DNA of 51,421 nucleotides from Bacillota bacterium (GCA_033810155.1 JAPXKJ010000004.1:1-51421), one strand, 5' to 3'. Shown: positions 30,004 through 41,900, counted from the stretch's first letter. Program-made: numbers and translations. Notes: generated by a model from the letters alone, not told the origin.

Positions 30004-31206
30004 TCACTCCTCAATTCTGGTGACTACACCTGATGCAACAGTGCGGCCGCCTTCACGTATTGCAAACCTTAGGCCCTCTTCTATCGCTATTGGAGCTATT
30101 AATTCTACTTCTATGCTTACGTTGTCTCCGGGCATTACCATCTCTACCCCTTCAGGTAGCGTGACTGTGCCTGTCACATCTGTGGTCCTAAAGTAAAACT
30201 GAGGCCTGTATCCTGAGAAGAATGCGCTGTGCCTGCCACCTTCTTCTTTGCTCAGTACATAAATCTCTGCACCAAACTTCTTGTGTGGCTTTATGCTGCC
30301 AGGCTTTGCCAACACTTGACCTCGCTCTACTTCGTCCTTTGAGATCCCTCTTAGCAAACATCCTACGTTGTCTCCCGCTTGCCCTACGTCAAGCGTCTTC
30401 CTGAACATCTCTATCCCTGTTACTACTGTGCTCTTTGGCTTCTCTGAAAAACCTACTATCTCTACAGAATCCCCTACCTTGACCATTCCTCTTTCTATCC
30501 TGCCTGTTACTACTGTCCCTCGTCCTGTTATCGTAAACACGTCTTCTATAGATAGCAAGAACGGCTTGTCTATATCCCTCTCCGGAGTAGGAATATATTC
30601 GTCTACCGCTTCCATTAACTTTAGTATCGGACCACACCACTGGCAATCCGGCTTGCCGCATCCGCACTCCAATGCCTTCAGCGCAGAACCCCTTATCACC
30701 GGCGTGTCGTCCCCCGGATAATCGTACTTGTCCAATAGTTCCCTTACTTCAAGCTCGGATATCTCTAAAAGTTCCTCGTCATCTACCATGTCTACTTTGT
30801 TCAAAAATACCACTATCGCAGGAACTCCTACCTGCCTCGCCAATAGTACGTGCTCCCTTGTCTGCGGCATCGTTCCATCTGCTGCAGATACTACTAGTAT
30901 CGCCCCGTCCATCTGCGCAGCGCCTGTTATCATGTTCTTGATGTAGTCCGCGTGACCCGGACAGTCTACGTGAGCATAGTGCCTATTGTCTGTCTCATAC
31001 TCTACGTGCGATACCGATATCGTTATCCCTCTTGCCCTTTCTTCGGGCGCCTTGTCTATCTTGTCAAATGGCGTAAAGTCCGCTCTCCCCTGGCTCGCCA
31101 ATACCTTCGTTATTGCCGCAGTAAGAGTCGTCTTACCATGGTCTATATGACCTATGGTCCCTATGTTCACATGAGGTTTCGTTCTCTCAAATTTCTTCTT
31201 AGCCAT
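30004..31206 (-). CDS. tuf: Elongation factor Tu, copy 1 (str-operon copy; ATG start, TGA stop, Arg398)
   Basis: [15 protein letters not shown] and NKVD GTPase motifs; 400 aa. Nearly identical in DNA to 48687-49889. Confidence 0.97.
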   Translation of the reverse strand: MAKKKFERTKPHVNIGTIGHIDHGKTTLTAAITKVLASQGRADFTPFDKIDKAPEERARGITISVSHVEYETDNRHYAHVDCPGHADYIKNMITGAAQMDGAILVVSAADGTMPQTREHVLLARQVGVPAIVVFLNKVDMVDDEELLEISELEVRELLDKYDYPGDDTPVIRGSALKALECGCGKPDCQWCGPILKLMEAVDEYIPTPERDIDKPFLLSIEDVFTITGRGTVVTGRIERGMVKVGDSVEIVGFSEKPKSTVVTGIEMFRKTLDVGQAGDNVGCLLRGISKDEVERGQVLAKPGSIKPHKKFGAEIYVLSKEEGGRHSAFFSGYRPQFYFRTTDVTGTVTLPEGVEMVMPGDNVSIEVELIAPIAIEEGLRFAIREGGRTVASGVVTRIEE

Positions 31207-31233
31207 TTCCAGTTTAACCCTCCTTAATTACGC

Positions 31234-33309
31234 TTAACCATAATTCTTAGAAATTATCTTCTCCGCTTCTGCAGGAGGAACCACATCATAGTGTGAGAAC
31301 ACCATCGTGTAGGTTCCACGGCCCTGGGTTTTGGACCTAAGGTCAGTCGCATAACCAAACATCGTCGCAAGAGGTACCAAAGCGTCGATAATCTCAAAGG
31401 TACCTGTGGTCTGCATTCCAGTTATCTGCCCTCTTCTTGCAGTAAGATCTCCCAATACCTCGCCCAAGAAGTCCGAAGGCGTGTTGACCTCCACCTTCAT
31501 GATGGGCTCCAAAAGAATGACTTTTGCCTTCGACAAGGCATCCTTAACTGACATAGAACCCGCGATCTTGAAAGCAAGGTCTGATGAGTCAACTTCATGA
31601 TAGGACCCGTCTTCAAGGATAGCTTTTACATCAACCAGGGGATATCCTATCAAAGAGCCTGATTCAAGAGCTTCTCTAACGCCAGATTCAACTGCGGGAA
31701 TAAACTCCTGAGGAATCGCTCCCCCTTTAATGGCACTATCGAACGCGAATCCCGATCCCCTTGGCAAAGGCTCCAGCCTGACCTTAGCGTGCCCGTACTG
31801 ACCATGGCCTCCCGACTGCCTAATGAACTTCCCTTCTCCTACAACAGGTTCCAGAATGCTCTCTTTGTAGGCAACCTGTGGCTTTCCGACGGTAGCGCCA
31901 ACGCCAAACTCGCGCAACAATCTATCACAGATGACCTCCAAGTGTAACTCTCCCATGCCTGCTATTAGCGTCTGACCAGTCTCTTCATCTGTCTTGAAAG
32001 TAAAGGTAGGATCCTCTTCCGCCAACTTCGCCAGACAGGTACCCAACTTGTCTACGTCCTGCCTCGTTTTGGGCTCGATTGCAACCGTGATAACAGGGGT
32101 TGGAAACACAATCGGTTCCAGTATTATTGGGTTATCCTGATCACACAAAGTGTCACCGGTTACCGTATGCTTCAACGCCACTGTCGCAACAATATCCCCG
32201 GTAGATACAGCTTGAACATCTTCCCTATGATTTGCATGCATAAGGAGAAGGCGTTGAATCCTTTCGGTTTTATCTCGGGTTGCATTGTACACATAAGATC
32301 GGTTGGTCAAAACGCCTGAATACACCCGAAAATATGTGACCCTACCAACATAAGGATCGGTCATTACTTTGAAAGCCAACGCACAGAACGGCTCGTCATC
32401 GCTGGGCTTGCGTACCGTTACCTCTCCGGTGCCCGGAACTATACCCTCAACCGGAGGAACGTCCAAGGGCGACGGCAGAAAATCCACTATTCCATCCAAA
32501 AGCCTTTGAACACCTTTGTTTTTGAACGACGAACCGCAGAAGCATGGCACCAGTTTATTGGTTACAGTGCCTTTGCGAAGAGCTCTTATCAGCATGTCCG
32601 CAGGTATTTGCTCTCCTTGCACATATTTCTCAAGTATTCCATCGTCGAAGTCCGATGCCGCGCCAATAAGTTTTTCGCGGTAATCCAAGAACAAGGATCG
32701 CATATCTTGAGGTATATCTGTTTCTTGAATCTCAAGACCTATCTCGTCTGTCCACAGCAAAGCCTTCTCATGAAGGACGTCTACCACACCTACAAACGTA
32801 TCTTCCACGCCAATCGGTAAAGTTATAACCACGGGGTTTGCCCCAAGCTTCGTTTCGATCGCGCGCAGGACTTTGTAAAAATCCGCCCCCAACGTGTCCA
32901 TTTTGTTAATATATGCAATCCTGGGGACTTTGTAGCGATCGGCCTGCCGCCAAACCGCCTCTGATTGGGGTTCGACGCCGCCCTTAGCGCAGAATATCGC
33001 TACAGCTCCGTCAAGCACTCTAAGGCTTCTTTCTACTTCGGCCGTAAAGTCAACGTGTCCTGGCGTGTCTATAATGTTTATTCGAAAATCTTTCCAATGA
33101 CACGTAGTAGCTGCTGAGGTGATCGTAATACCTCTTTCCTGCTCCTGCTGCATCCAGTCCATTGTAGCCGAGCCTTCATCGACTTCACCTATTCGGTGAA
33201 CCTTGCCGGTATAAAACAAGATACGCTCGGTTGTCGTTGTTTTGCCGGCGTCTATGTGTGCCATAATACCTATATTCCTGATCTTATCCAAGGGATATGT
33301 CTGCGGCAT
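31234..33309 (-). CDS. fusA: Elongation factor G
   Basis: [35 protein letters not shown]. Start moved to ATG 33309 (GGGGGG RBS); the longer track ORF would overlap rpsG. Confidence 0.95.
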   Translation of the reverse strand: MPQTYPLDKIRNIGIMAHIDAGKTTTTERILFYTGKVHRIGEVDEGSATMDWMQQEQERGITITSAATTCHWKDFRINIIDTPGHVDFTAEVERSLRVLDGAVAIFCAKGGVEPQSEAVWRQADRYKVPRIAYINKMDTLGADFYKVLRAIETKLGANPVVITLPIGVEDTFVGVVDVLHEKALLWTDEIGLEIQETDIPQDMRSLFLDYREKLIGAASDFDDGILEKYVQGEQIPADMLIRALRKGTVTNKLVPCFCGSSFKNKGVQRLLDGIVDFLPSPLDVPPVEGIVPGTGEVTVRKPSDDEPFCALAFKVMTDPYVGRVTYFRVYSGVLTNRSYVYNATRDKTERIQRLLLMHANHREDVQAVSTGDIVATVALKHTVTGDTLCDQDNPIILEPIVFPTPVITVAIEPKTRQDVDKLGTCLAKLAEEDPTFTFKTDEETGQTLIAGMGELHLEVICDRLLREFGVGATVGKPQVAYKESILEPVVGEGKFIRQSGGHGQYGHAKVRLEPLPRGSGFAFDSAIKGGAIPQEFIPAVESGVREALESGSLIGYPLVDVKAILEDGSYHEVDSSDLAFKIAGSMSVKDALSKAKVILLEPIMKVEVNTPSDFLGEVLGDLTARRGQITGMQTTGTFEIIDALVPLATMFGYATDLRSKTQGRGTYTMVFSHYDVVPPAEAEKIISKNYG

Positions 33310-33344
33310 CGAATTCCCCCCTTTCATCATCTTTTCCACCTTGT

Positions 33345-33815
33345 CTACCACCTATAGTGGGCAAAAGCTCTATTCGCTTCTGCCATCCTATGCATTTCTT
33401 CTTTTCTTCTTACAGTATTACCAGTGTTGTTAGCCGCGTCCAATATCTCGGCAGCCAACTTATTCTCAAAACCCCGCTCCGAACGCTGCCTCGAAAAATC
33501 AACTATCCATCTGAGCGCCAAAGATAACCTTCGTTCAGGCCTTACCTCCATAGGTACCTGGTACGTAGCGCCGCCCACTCTCCTAGGTCGTACCTCGAGA
33601 ACAGGCATCGCGTTCTTCACCGCCTGGTCCAGAACCTCAAGGGGATCCTTACCTGTCTTTTCCCCGATCATATCCATGGCGCCGTAAACTATGCGCCTGG
33701 CTTTTGCCTTTTCTCCGTCGTACATCACTTTGTTAGTAAGCCTTGTCACCAACACAGAATTATACACGGGATCTGGCGTCCACGTTCTCCCAGGAGCTTT
33801 ACCCCTTCTAGGCAC
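33345..33815 (-). CDS. rpsG: 30S ribosomal protein S7
   Basis: [33 protein letters not shown] start at 33815 after GGAGGTG; 156 aa. Confidence 0.95.
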   Translation of the reverse strand: MPRRGKAPGRTWTPDPVYNSVLVTRLTNKVMYDGEKAKARRIVYGAMDMIGEKTGKDPLEVLDQAVKNAMPVLEVRPRRVGGATYQVPMEVRPERRLSLALRWIVDFSRQRSERGFENKLAAEILDAANNTGNTVRRKEEMHRMAEANRAFAHYRW

Positions 33816-33834
33816 ACAATTCACCTCCATAACT

Positions 33835-34209
33835 TCATTTTTTCGGCTTCTTAGTTCCGTATTTTGACCGCCCTTGTTTTCTATCAGTAACACCGGCAGT
33901 ATCAAGAGTGCCTCGTACAATATGGTACCGCACTCCAGGCAAGTCCCTTACACGTCCGCCGCGTATCAAAACCACTGAGTGTTCTTGCAGGTTGTGACCA
34001 ATGCCAGGAATATATGCTGTGACTTCTAACCCATTTACGAGACGAACTCGCGCGATCTTCCTCAAAGCCGAATTAGGCTTCTTGGGTGTGGTGGTCCTTA
34101 CCACAGTACATACTCCACGCTTAAAGGGATTGCCCATTAGCGCAGGGGATTTAGCCTTGTCTTCTGACTTCGTTCTGCCCTGTCGGACCAACTGATTAAC
34201 CGTTGGCAC
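33835..34209 (-). CDS. rpsL: 30S ribosomal protein S12
   Basis: [11 protein letters not shown]...[14 protein letters not shown] start at 34209 after GGAGGG; 124 aa. Confidence 0.95.
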   Translation of the reverse strand: MPTVNQLVRQGRTKSEDKAKSPALMGNPFKRGVCTVVRTTTPKKPNSALRKIARVRLVNGLEVTAYIPGIGHNLQEHSVVLIRGGRVRDLPGVRYHIVRGTLDTAGVTDRKQGRSKYGTKKPKK

Positions 34210-34251
34210 ATCTAACCCTCCTCTCGATATTGTTCGTCCGTCCAAATCTCA

Positions 34252-34509
34252 TCATTTGTCTTTCAATATCGCACAGCAAGAAGCTCCTACGCTTATGCCG
34301 CAATACTCGCCAAGCTCTTTCATGTTCAAAACCCAGACAATTTCTATCTCACTCTGTCTTGCTAGGTTGAGCACATCTCGTAGCACCTTTATATCTGCAT
34401 CTTGTGCAACTAATACTTTTTCAACCGACCCTCTGGACATGGCCTTTGTGACAGCTCTTGCCCCTACGACCTTTCGTCTTTTGGGAACATGTTCATACGC
34501 CGGGCTCAT
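34252..34509 (-). CDS. rplGB: L7Ae-family ribosome-associated protein (YbxF/RplGB-like)
   Basis: KVVGARAVTKAMSRGSVEKVLVAQDAD...GISVGASCCAIL; sits directly upstream of rpsL as in Bacillus. ATG 34509 gives 85 aa. Confidence 0.8.
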   Translation of the reverse strand: MSPAYEHVPKRRKVVGARAVTKAMSRGSVEKVLVAQDADIKVLRDVLNLARQSEIEIVWVLNMKELGEYCGISVGASCCAILKDK

Positions 34510-34556
34510 TATATACCAAACCTCCCGCGTAGTAACATAAAAAAGCACGCTTTATG

Positions 34557-34585
34557 AGTCTAGCATCCTCTTAAAAGCGTGTCAA
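34557..34585 (-). promoter_or_regulatory. Putative sigma-A promoter of the str / S10 / spc / alpha gene train
   Basis: Minus strand reads TTGACA, a 17-nt spacer, then TAGACT. It lies in the 157-nt gap between the MBL hydrolase gene and the L7Ae-like gene. Confidence 0.5.
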
Positions 34586-34666
34586 TGGTATGGATACTGC
34601 GCCTTTTCAGCTTCTGGGGGCCAGGATGGGATAGATCTATGTCCGACCCTGACCCCTTCCCCAGAA

Positions 34667-35332
34667 CTATATCTGAAAAACCCAGATCTCCCGCTTGCTG
34701 GTAATAGCACTCGGGTCAAATTCCACTTCATCGCTAGGGATCTTTACGACGTTAGTCTGTCCCTCAAGGAAACTATCAACAGTTGATATTGGCCAAGATT
34801 CTATATACCTGGTCTTGTAGTGCATAGGTATTGCAACGTTAGGGTCGATACGCTCGGTCACCGATTTGGCAGACTGTCCATCGATAGTGTAGTATCCGCC
34901 AACTGGTATCATAAGGATGTTTATTTTGCCCATCTTTTTCAGCGTATCATCGCTCGGGATGTGCCCTAAGTCACCCAAATGCGCTATGGTAAATCCCCCA
35001 AAATCCATGACAAAGATCCCATTGTGGCCACGCTTTCTCCCAGTCCCATCATCATGATAAGAGGGAATGGTCCGAAAAACTACATCACCTATGGTTTCCA
35101 TAATCTCTATGCATCTATTCGTCGTCTCATCTAGACCACGCAATACTTTGAAATCGCCTTGCAACACGTTAACTGCATTATGATCATGGTGCTCGTGGGA
35201 CACAGTTACTACGTCAACCATCTCGTCTATCTTTGGATAAGGAACATCGGCATCAAACGGATCGGTAAGTATACTAAGTCCTTTAGGCGATTCAATAAGG
35301 AATGCAGAATGTCCCTTCCATTTGATTTTCAC
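34667..35332 (-). CDS. MBL-fold metal-dependent hydrolase (UPF0173-like)
   Basis: VSHEHHDHN (HxHxDH) motif and later HLGDLGH. GTG 35332 lies 8 nt after GGAGGG and 40 nt after the rpoC stop. Confidence 0.8.
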   Translation of the reverse strand: MKIKWKGHSAFLIESPKGLSILTDPFDADVPYPKIDEMVDVVTVSHEHHDHNAVNVLQGDFKVLRGLDETTNRCIEIMETIGDVVFRTIPSYHDDGTGRKRGHNGIFVMDFGGFTIAHLGDLGHIPSDDTLKKMGKINILMIPVGGYYTIDGQSAKSVTERIDPNVAIPMHYKTRYIESWPISTVDSFLEGQTNVVKIPSDEVEFDPSAITSKREIWVFQI

Positions 35333-35372
35333 TGTGACATCCCTCCATTTCTCATAAAACGCTCTACCCGAA

Positions 35373-38300
35373 TTATTCACCTACTGCTTCGGCTACCACG
35401 ACTTCGTCTTCTTTCTCGGCAACAGATTGAACGAGTATCTCGTCGTACTTCTGCATGCCCGTTCCTGCCGGGATAAGCTTACCTATGATAACATTCTCTT
35501 TTAGACCGATGAGATTATCTGTCTTGCCTTTGATCGCTGCGTCTGTGAGCTCTCGCGTCGTCTCTTGGAACGATGCGGCTGACAAAAACGAATCCGTTGA
35601 AAGCGACGCCTTGGTAATCCCTAGAATAATGGGCTTGCCTGTTGCAGGCTCCCCACCGTTTTCGAAAACACTTGCGTTAGCATCAGCAAACTCAATGACG
35701 TCGACAGTTCCGCCGGGCAGAAGATTAGTATCTCCTGGATCATCTACCTTGACCTTCCGCATCATCTGCCTGACTATGACCTCGATGTGTTTATCTGAAA
35801 TATCTATTCCTTGCAATCTATAGACTCTTTGAACCTCGCTGAGAATGTACTCTTCTACTGCCCTTACGCCTTTTATCACGAGAAGATCGTGGGGGTTTAC
35901 AGAGCCTTCAGTTAGAATATCTCCCATCTCAACAACCTGGCCGTCTGTCACCTTTATCAGCCCTCCGAAAGGAATTACTATCGTGCTTTGGTCTCCTTCC
36001 GGAGATGTGATGACGATTTCTCTCTTTTTGTCGCCTTCCTTGATCTCCAAGACTCCGCCAATCTCTGCTATTGCTGCTTGCCTCTTAGGTTTCCTTGCTT
36101 CAAAAAGTTCTTCAACCCTAGGAAGACCTTGAGTAATGTCTTCTCCGGCTATCCCACCCAAGTGGAAGGTTCTAAGCGTAAGCTGAGTACCAGGTTCTCC
36201 AATGGATTGAGCCGCAATTATGCCAACTGCTTCTCCAACGTCCACAATATCACCGGTAGCAAGATTCTTACCGTAGCACTTAACGCACACGCCATGGCGA
36301 GTTTCACATGTAAGGACAGATCTGACTGCAACTTCCTTAATTCCAGCCTCAACAATATTCTGCGCGGTTTTTGCATCGATGAATTCTTGCCTCTTACACA
36401 GTACTTCACCAGTGTCAGGATGGACAATATCTTTGACCGAGTATCTTCCGACTATCCTGTCATATAGTCCCTCGATTAATTCGCCATCTATGACAATATC
36501 TTTAACCAAAATACCTGCGTCTGTTCCACAGTCATCTTCCCTTATTATCACATCTTGTGCTACGTCAACCAGTCTCCTGGTCAGATAACCTGAGTCAGCG
36601 GTTCTGAGAGCCATATCCACCAGGCCTTTCCTCTGTCCGTGAGTCGACGTGAAATACTCAAGAACCGAAAGCCCTTCGCGGAAATTTGACCTAATTGGCT
36701 GTTCAACCATTCTGCCAGAAGGATCAACCATAATCCCACGCATTCCGCCTAATTGGGATATCTGCTGTATATTGCCTCTGGCACCTGATGCCGCCATCAT
36801 GTAAACAGGATTCCACTTGCTAATAGAATTCTGAAGTTCCTTCGTAACTTGGTCGGTTGCACTCCTCCAAACATCAATTACCTTGTGGTAGCGTTCCTCT
36901 TCGGTTAGCAAGCCCGTTTTGTATTGGCTCTCGATCTGGAAAACCTTTTCATCTGCATCAGAAAGGATCGCGGGCTTTTCGTCGGGAACCACTACGTCGC
37001 TTATAGCGATAGTTGAGCCTGCTATCGTAGCAAACGTGAACCCTAGGTCCTTTATCCCATCTAGCATTTGAACTGTCTCTTCCATACCGTAACGATTGAT
37101 ACTTTCGGAGACTATGCGGTTTAGTAATTTCCGATCTATGACTTCGTTTGCGAATCTCAATCCTTGAGGAAGTACTTGATTGAAAATACACCGTCCAGGC
37201 GTCGTGACTATTCGTTCAAACGAACCGTCTTCTTTATGGTGCCTCAATAGCACCATATCGTGCAGTCCTACCACGCCCATTTCGTATGCCATGATGACTT
37301 CGTCTATGGATCCATATCTTTTGTCACAAACTTCTTCCTTGACTGTCGCCAAATCCTCTGTTTCCGCCAAGGTCAGGTAATATATGCCAAGAACCACGTC
37401 CTTTGTCGGTGTGACTGCGGGCGTTCCGTCTTTAGGAAGCAACAAATTGTACATTGAAGACATAAGGATCTTTGATTCCGCCTGGGCTTCGGCTGATAAG
37501 GGTACGTGCACAGGCATTTGGTCACCGTCGAAATCCGCATTGTAGGGCGGGCATACCAGTGGATGTATCTGTATGGCTCGTCCTTCAATCAGTACAGGTT
37601 CAAAGGCCTGTACGCTCAGTCTATGCAAAGTAGGAGCTCTGTTCAAAAGCACAGGATGATCCTTGATCACTTCTTCGAGAATGTCCCATACCTCAGGACT
37701 AGATCTCTCAACAAGACGCCTAGCGCTTTTTATGTTGGGTGCAAGACCCGTTTCAACCAAACGCTTCATAACAAACGGCTTGAACAGTTCAAGCGCCATT
37801 TCCTTGGGAAGTCCGCACTGATAAAACTTGAGATTAGGGCCTACTACAATAACCGACCTACCCGAATAATCCACTCGCTTTCCGAGGAGGTTCTGTCGGA
37901 ACCGGCCTTGTTTGCCCTTTAGCATATCGGATAAAGACTTGAGCGGCCTCTGCCCCGATCCGACAACTGGCTTTCCGCGACGCCCATTGTCGATTAGGGC
38001 GTCAACCGCCTCCTGGAGCATCCTCTTTTCGTTCCGAACGATTATGTCCGGAGCTCCTAGGTCCAGGAGCCTCTTTAGTCTATTGTTCCTGTTAATAACT
38101 CTTCGATACAGGTCATTTAGGTCTGATGTGGCAAACCTACCTCCGTCGAGCTGAACCATAGGTCTTAGATCGGGGGGTATTACCGGGATGACATCTAAAA
38201 TCATCCATTCGGGCCTATTGCCGGACGTCCTGAAAGCCTCCACAACTTCCAGCCGCCTTATTGCCCTCACTTTTCTTTGGCCGGTTGCATTCCTAGCCTG

Positions 38301-38882
38301 ATCCCTGAGTTCCTCAGCTTCTCTGTCGAGATCGATATTGCTCAGGATCTCTCTGATTGCCTCCGCGCCCATACCTGCCCTAAACCTGCTACGTCCATAC
38401 TTATCGCGCGCGTCCCTGTACTCCGTTTCGCTTAGCACTTGTTTGTACTCAAGTCCCTCGCAATCCCCGGGGTCTGTAACTATATACGACGCAAAATAAA
38501 GGACCTGTTCCAAAACTTTTGGCGACATGTCAAGCAAAAGTCCCATCCTCGAAGGCACACCCTTGAAATACCAGATATGGGACACAGGCGTCGCCAACTC
38601 TATGTGACCCATCCGCTCGCGTCTGACCTTAGCCCTGGTAACTTCCACCCCGCATTTGTCACATACTACGCCTTTGTATCTAATCCTCTTGTACTTACCG
38701 CAGTAGCATTCCCAGTCCTTAGTAGGCCCAAAAATCCTCTCACAAAACAACCCATCCCGTTCTGGTTTTAGCGTCCTGTAATTGAGGGTTTCAGGTTTCT
38801 TCACTTCTCCTCGAGACCACTCTCTGATCCTTTCGGGTGATGCAAGAGAAATGCGCATTGCAGCAAAATCGTTAATGTCCAC
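35373..38882 (-). CDS. rpoC: DNA-directed RNA polymerase beta' subunit
   Basis: Zinc motif [23 protein letters not shown]; catalytic NADFDGDQM; 1169 aa. Confidence 0.97.
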   Translation of the reverse strand: MDINDFAAMRISLASPERIREWSRGEVKKPETLNYRTLKPERDGLFCERIFGPTKDWECYCGKYKRIRYKGVVCDKCGVEVTRAKVRRERMGHIELATPVSHIWYFKGVPSRMGLLLDMSPKVLEQVLYFASYIVTDPGDCEGLEYKQVLSETEYRDARDKYGRSRFRAGMGAEAIREILSNIDLDREAEELRDQARNATGQRKVRAIRRLEVVEAFRTSGNRPEWMILDVIPVIPPDLRPMVQLDGGRFATSDLNDLYRRVINRNNRLKRLLDLGAPDIIVRNEKRMLQEAVDALIDNGRRGKPVVGSGQRPLKSLSDMLKGKQGRFRQNLLGKRVDYSGRSVIVVGPNLKFYQCGLPKEMALELFKPFVMKRLVETGLAPNIKSARRLVERSSPEVWDILEEVIKDHPVLLNRAPTLHRLSVQAFEPVLIEGRAIQIHPLVCPPYNADFDGDQMPVHVPLSAEAQAESKILMSSMYNLLLPKDGTPAVTPTKDVVLGIYYLTLAETEDLATVKEEVCDKRYGSIDEVIMAYEMGVVGLHDMVLLRHHKEDGSFERIVTTPGRCIFNQVLPQGLRFANEVIDRKLLNRIVSESINRYGMEETVQMLDGIKDLGFTFATIAGSTIAISDVVVPDEKPAILSDADEKVFQIESQYKTGLLTEEERYHKVIDVWRSATDQVTKELQNSISKWNPVYMMAASGARGNIQQISQLGGMRGIMVDPSGRMVEQPIRSNFREGLSVLEYFTSTHGQRKGLVDMALRTADSGYLTRRLVDVAQDVIIREDDCGTDAGILVKDIVIDGELIEGLYDRIVGRYSVKDIVHPDTGEVLCKRQEFIDAKTAQNIVEAGIKEVAVRSVLTCETRHGVCVKCYGKNLATGDIVDVGEAVGIIAAQSIGEPGTQLTLRTFHLGGIAGEDITQGLPRVEELFEARKPKRQAAIAEIGGVLEIKEGDKKREIVITSPEGDQSTIVIPFGGLIKVTDGQVVEMGDILTEGSVNPHDLLVIKGVRAVEEYILSEVQRVYRLQGIDISDKHIEVIVRQMMRKVKVDDPGDTNLLPGGTVDVIEFADANASVFENGGEPATGKPIILGITKASLSTDSFLSAASFQETTRELTDAAIKGKTDNLIGLKENVIIGKLIPAGTGMQKYDEILVQSVAEKEDEVVVAEAVGE

Positions 38883-38901
38883 TCTTTAACATCCCCTCTA
38901 T

Positions 38902-41900
38902 CTAGATTTCCGGCTCTTCTTCGTCATCAGGCTCGAGGTCACGAATGGACCTTACCCTGCCCAACTGCCCCAGTTCATCGGCTTCCGCGTAGCGAGCCTT
39001 ACGTTTTGCCTTCGTTTTGGTGGGCTTTTTCTTGACTACAGTTTCTTCGTCTTCAACAACGTCATGCACATCTTCAGGAACCTCGATCTCTTTGAAGAGT
39101 TCATCAAAGATCATCTTAGTATCTTCCTCCAGCTGCTTGGCACGCATAATATCTTCAGATTCTTGCTTATCATCAGCAGAAATTTTCTCCTCTAACGCGG
39201 GAATCTCTTCTTCTTTTTCTTCTTCCTCGCCAAGTTCTTCTTCTACGTAGGCAACTTCTTCTTCGTGGTCCTCATATGGCTCTTCGTCAGCGACTTCTCT
39301 TTCACGACGACGGACAGGTCTTCTGACTTCAGTTTCTACCATGAAATCAAGTTCCGTAGTAGTTTCCTGCACATCCTCATCCAACTCTTTGATCTCAATC
39401 TCGTTGCCTTCTTCGTCGAGAATCTGAACATCCAACGCAAGACTTTGAAGTTCCTTTATCAAGACTTTGAAGGATTCTGGAATCCCAGGCTCGGGTATGT
39501 TTTCCCCCTTGACTATAGCTTCATAGGTCTTAACCCTGCCAACTACGTCGTCGGACTTGACGGTCAGCATTTCCTGCAAAGTGTATGCCGCACCATGAGC
39601 TTCCAATGCCCAGACTTCCATTTCGCCAAACCTTTGCCCACCCATCTGAGCTTTTCCACCCAAAGGTTGCTGCGTCACGAGTGAGTAAGGGCCTGTAGAA
39701 CGAGCATGCACCTTGTCATCCACTAGGTGCAACAGTTTCATCATGTATACGTAGCCTACTGTTACAGGACTATCGAAATACTCTCCTGTTCTGCCGTCTC
39801 TTAGATTGGTCTTGCCAACCCTAGGCAGCCCAGATTGTTCAAGCAATTCTTCAATTTCTTGTTCTGTTATGCCGTCAAAAATAGGAGTTGCGAAGTGAAC
39901 GCCAAGCGCTTTGGCTGCCCATCCCAGATGGCATTCAAAGATCTGACCCAAGTTCATTCTAGAAGGAACGCCCAACGGCGTAAGTACTATCTGAACTGGA
40001 GTACCGTCCTCCATGAAAGGCATTTCTTCTCGAGGCAATATTTTGGCTACAACACCCTTGTTGCCATGCCTCCCAGCCATTTTATCGCCTTCAGATATCT
40101 TGCGCTTCTGCGCAACGTAAACACGCACAAGCACATTGACCCCGGGAGGCAACTCGTCTCCCGCTTCTCTAGTGAATACTTTTACATCAACCACGATACC
40201 GCTTTCACCGTGAGGCATTTTTAGAGAATTGTCTCTCACTTCGCGAGCTTTTTCGCCAAATATGGCACGCAAAAGCCGCTCTTCTGGACTAAGCTCCGTT
40301 TCTCCCTTGGGCGTTACCTTACCTACCAAGATATCTCCAGACCGTACCTCGGCGCCAATCCTGACTATTCCTCGGTCGTCCAAATCTTTCATCTGATCCT
40401 CGCCAACATTGGGGATATCTCTGGTAATCTCTTCGGGACCTAGTTTTGTGTCTCTGGCGTCACATTCATACTCTTGAATGTGAATTGAAGTGTAGACATC
40501 TTCTTCCACGAGTTCTCTTGAAATCAATATGGCGTCTTCGAAGTTGTAACCTTGCCACGGCATGTATGCAACCAGGACATTCCTGCCTAAAGCCAACTCA
40601 CCCATATCTGTAGAAGGCCCGTCTGCAAGCACGTCTCCTTCGGCCACTAAGTCTCCCTTGGATACGATAGTCTTTTGGTTAAAGCACGTGCCTTGGTTGG
40701 ATCTTCCAAACTTTCGAAGTTTGTAAACGTCTTTCTGGCCTGTTTCCGTTTGGACTACAATTTCCTCTGCTGAGGCTTTTATTACCTGGCCCCTTCGTCT
40801 TGCCAGTGTCATCACGCCGGAATCCAAAGCGGCCTTATATTCCAAACCGGTACCTACGTACGGGGCTTCAGGCCTAACAAGTGGCACACCCTGCCGCTGC
40901 ATGTTCGATCCCATTAGAGCACGGCTAGCGTCATCATGTTCCAAGAAGGGAATAAGTGAAGTAGCTACTGAAAACACCTGTTTCGGAGATACATCCATAT
41001 AGTCTATTTCATAAGGAGGCGACTTCATGACCTCTCTTCCGTACCTTGCCATCACAGCATCTTCCAAGAAGTAGCCGTCTTCGTCTATGGCGGCGTTTGC
41101 CTGGGCAATTATGCAGTCGTCTTCTTCATCAGCAGTTAAATATTCGATCTCATTGGTAACTCTCTTTTCTGCCTTGTTCACTTTTCTATAAGGGGTTTCT
41201 ATGAATCCTAACCTGTTGATCCGCGCATAACACGTAAGGGAACTCGTTAGTCCAATGTTTGGACCTTCAGGAGTTTCAATTGGGCATATTCTCCCATAGT
41301 GTGAATGGTGTACGTCTCGAACTTCAAAACCGGCTCTATCGCGAGTCAGGCCACCTGGTCCTAAAGCCGACAAACGCCGTTTTGCTGTGAGCTCTGTAAG
41401 CGGGTTGGTTTGTTCCATAAACTGAGAAAGCTGACTCGACCCGAAAAATTCTTTTATGGCACCTACAACCGGTCTTACATTTATGAGCGCTTGTGGAGTT
41501 ATGGTGTCTATATCTTGGATGGTCATTCGTTCTCTTACCACCCGCTCCATCCTAGAAAGTCCGATGCGGAACTGGTTCTGGAGTAGTTCACCAACAGTCC
41601 TAACGCGCCTGTTGCCTAAGTGGTCGATATCGTCTACGGTACCTACACCTTTTATTAACCCAAAGAAGTAGTTAACAAATGCAATTATGTCGGCAGGTGT
41701 CAAGTACTTCTCTTGAGACCACGCTTTTTCGTTTTGCTCGTGGATTCCGTTGGTTAAAACGTGTACGGCTTGCCCATCTTTAGTCAAAACGTCAACTTCG
41801 GTAATGCCTGCATCAGATATGATCTGAGCAGCATCTCTGGTGATCAGCGTCCCCGCTTCAATCAATAATTCGCCGGTCGTTGGGTGTACTATGTCCATCA

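Noticed and set aside
29999-30007. The track start of rpsJ (30007), which overlaps the tuf stop codon.
   Set aside because: That GTG directly abuts the GAGGAG Shine-Dalgarno (zero spacing). The in-frame GTG at 29998 has 8-nt spacing and gives a canonical 103-aa S10.
34617-34660. An imperfect GGGGCCAGG...CCTGACCCC hairpin after the MBL hydrolase gene, considered as a terminator.
   Set aside because: The stem is interrupted by a mismatch, the loop is 21 nt, and no U-run follows on the minus strand. This is not enough to call a terminator.
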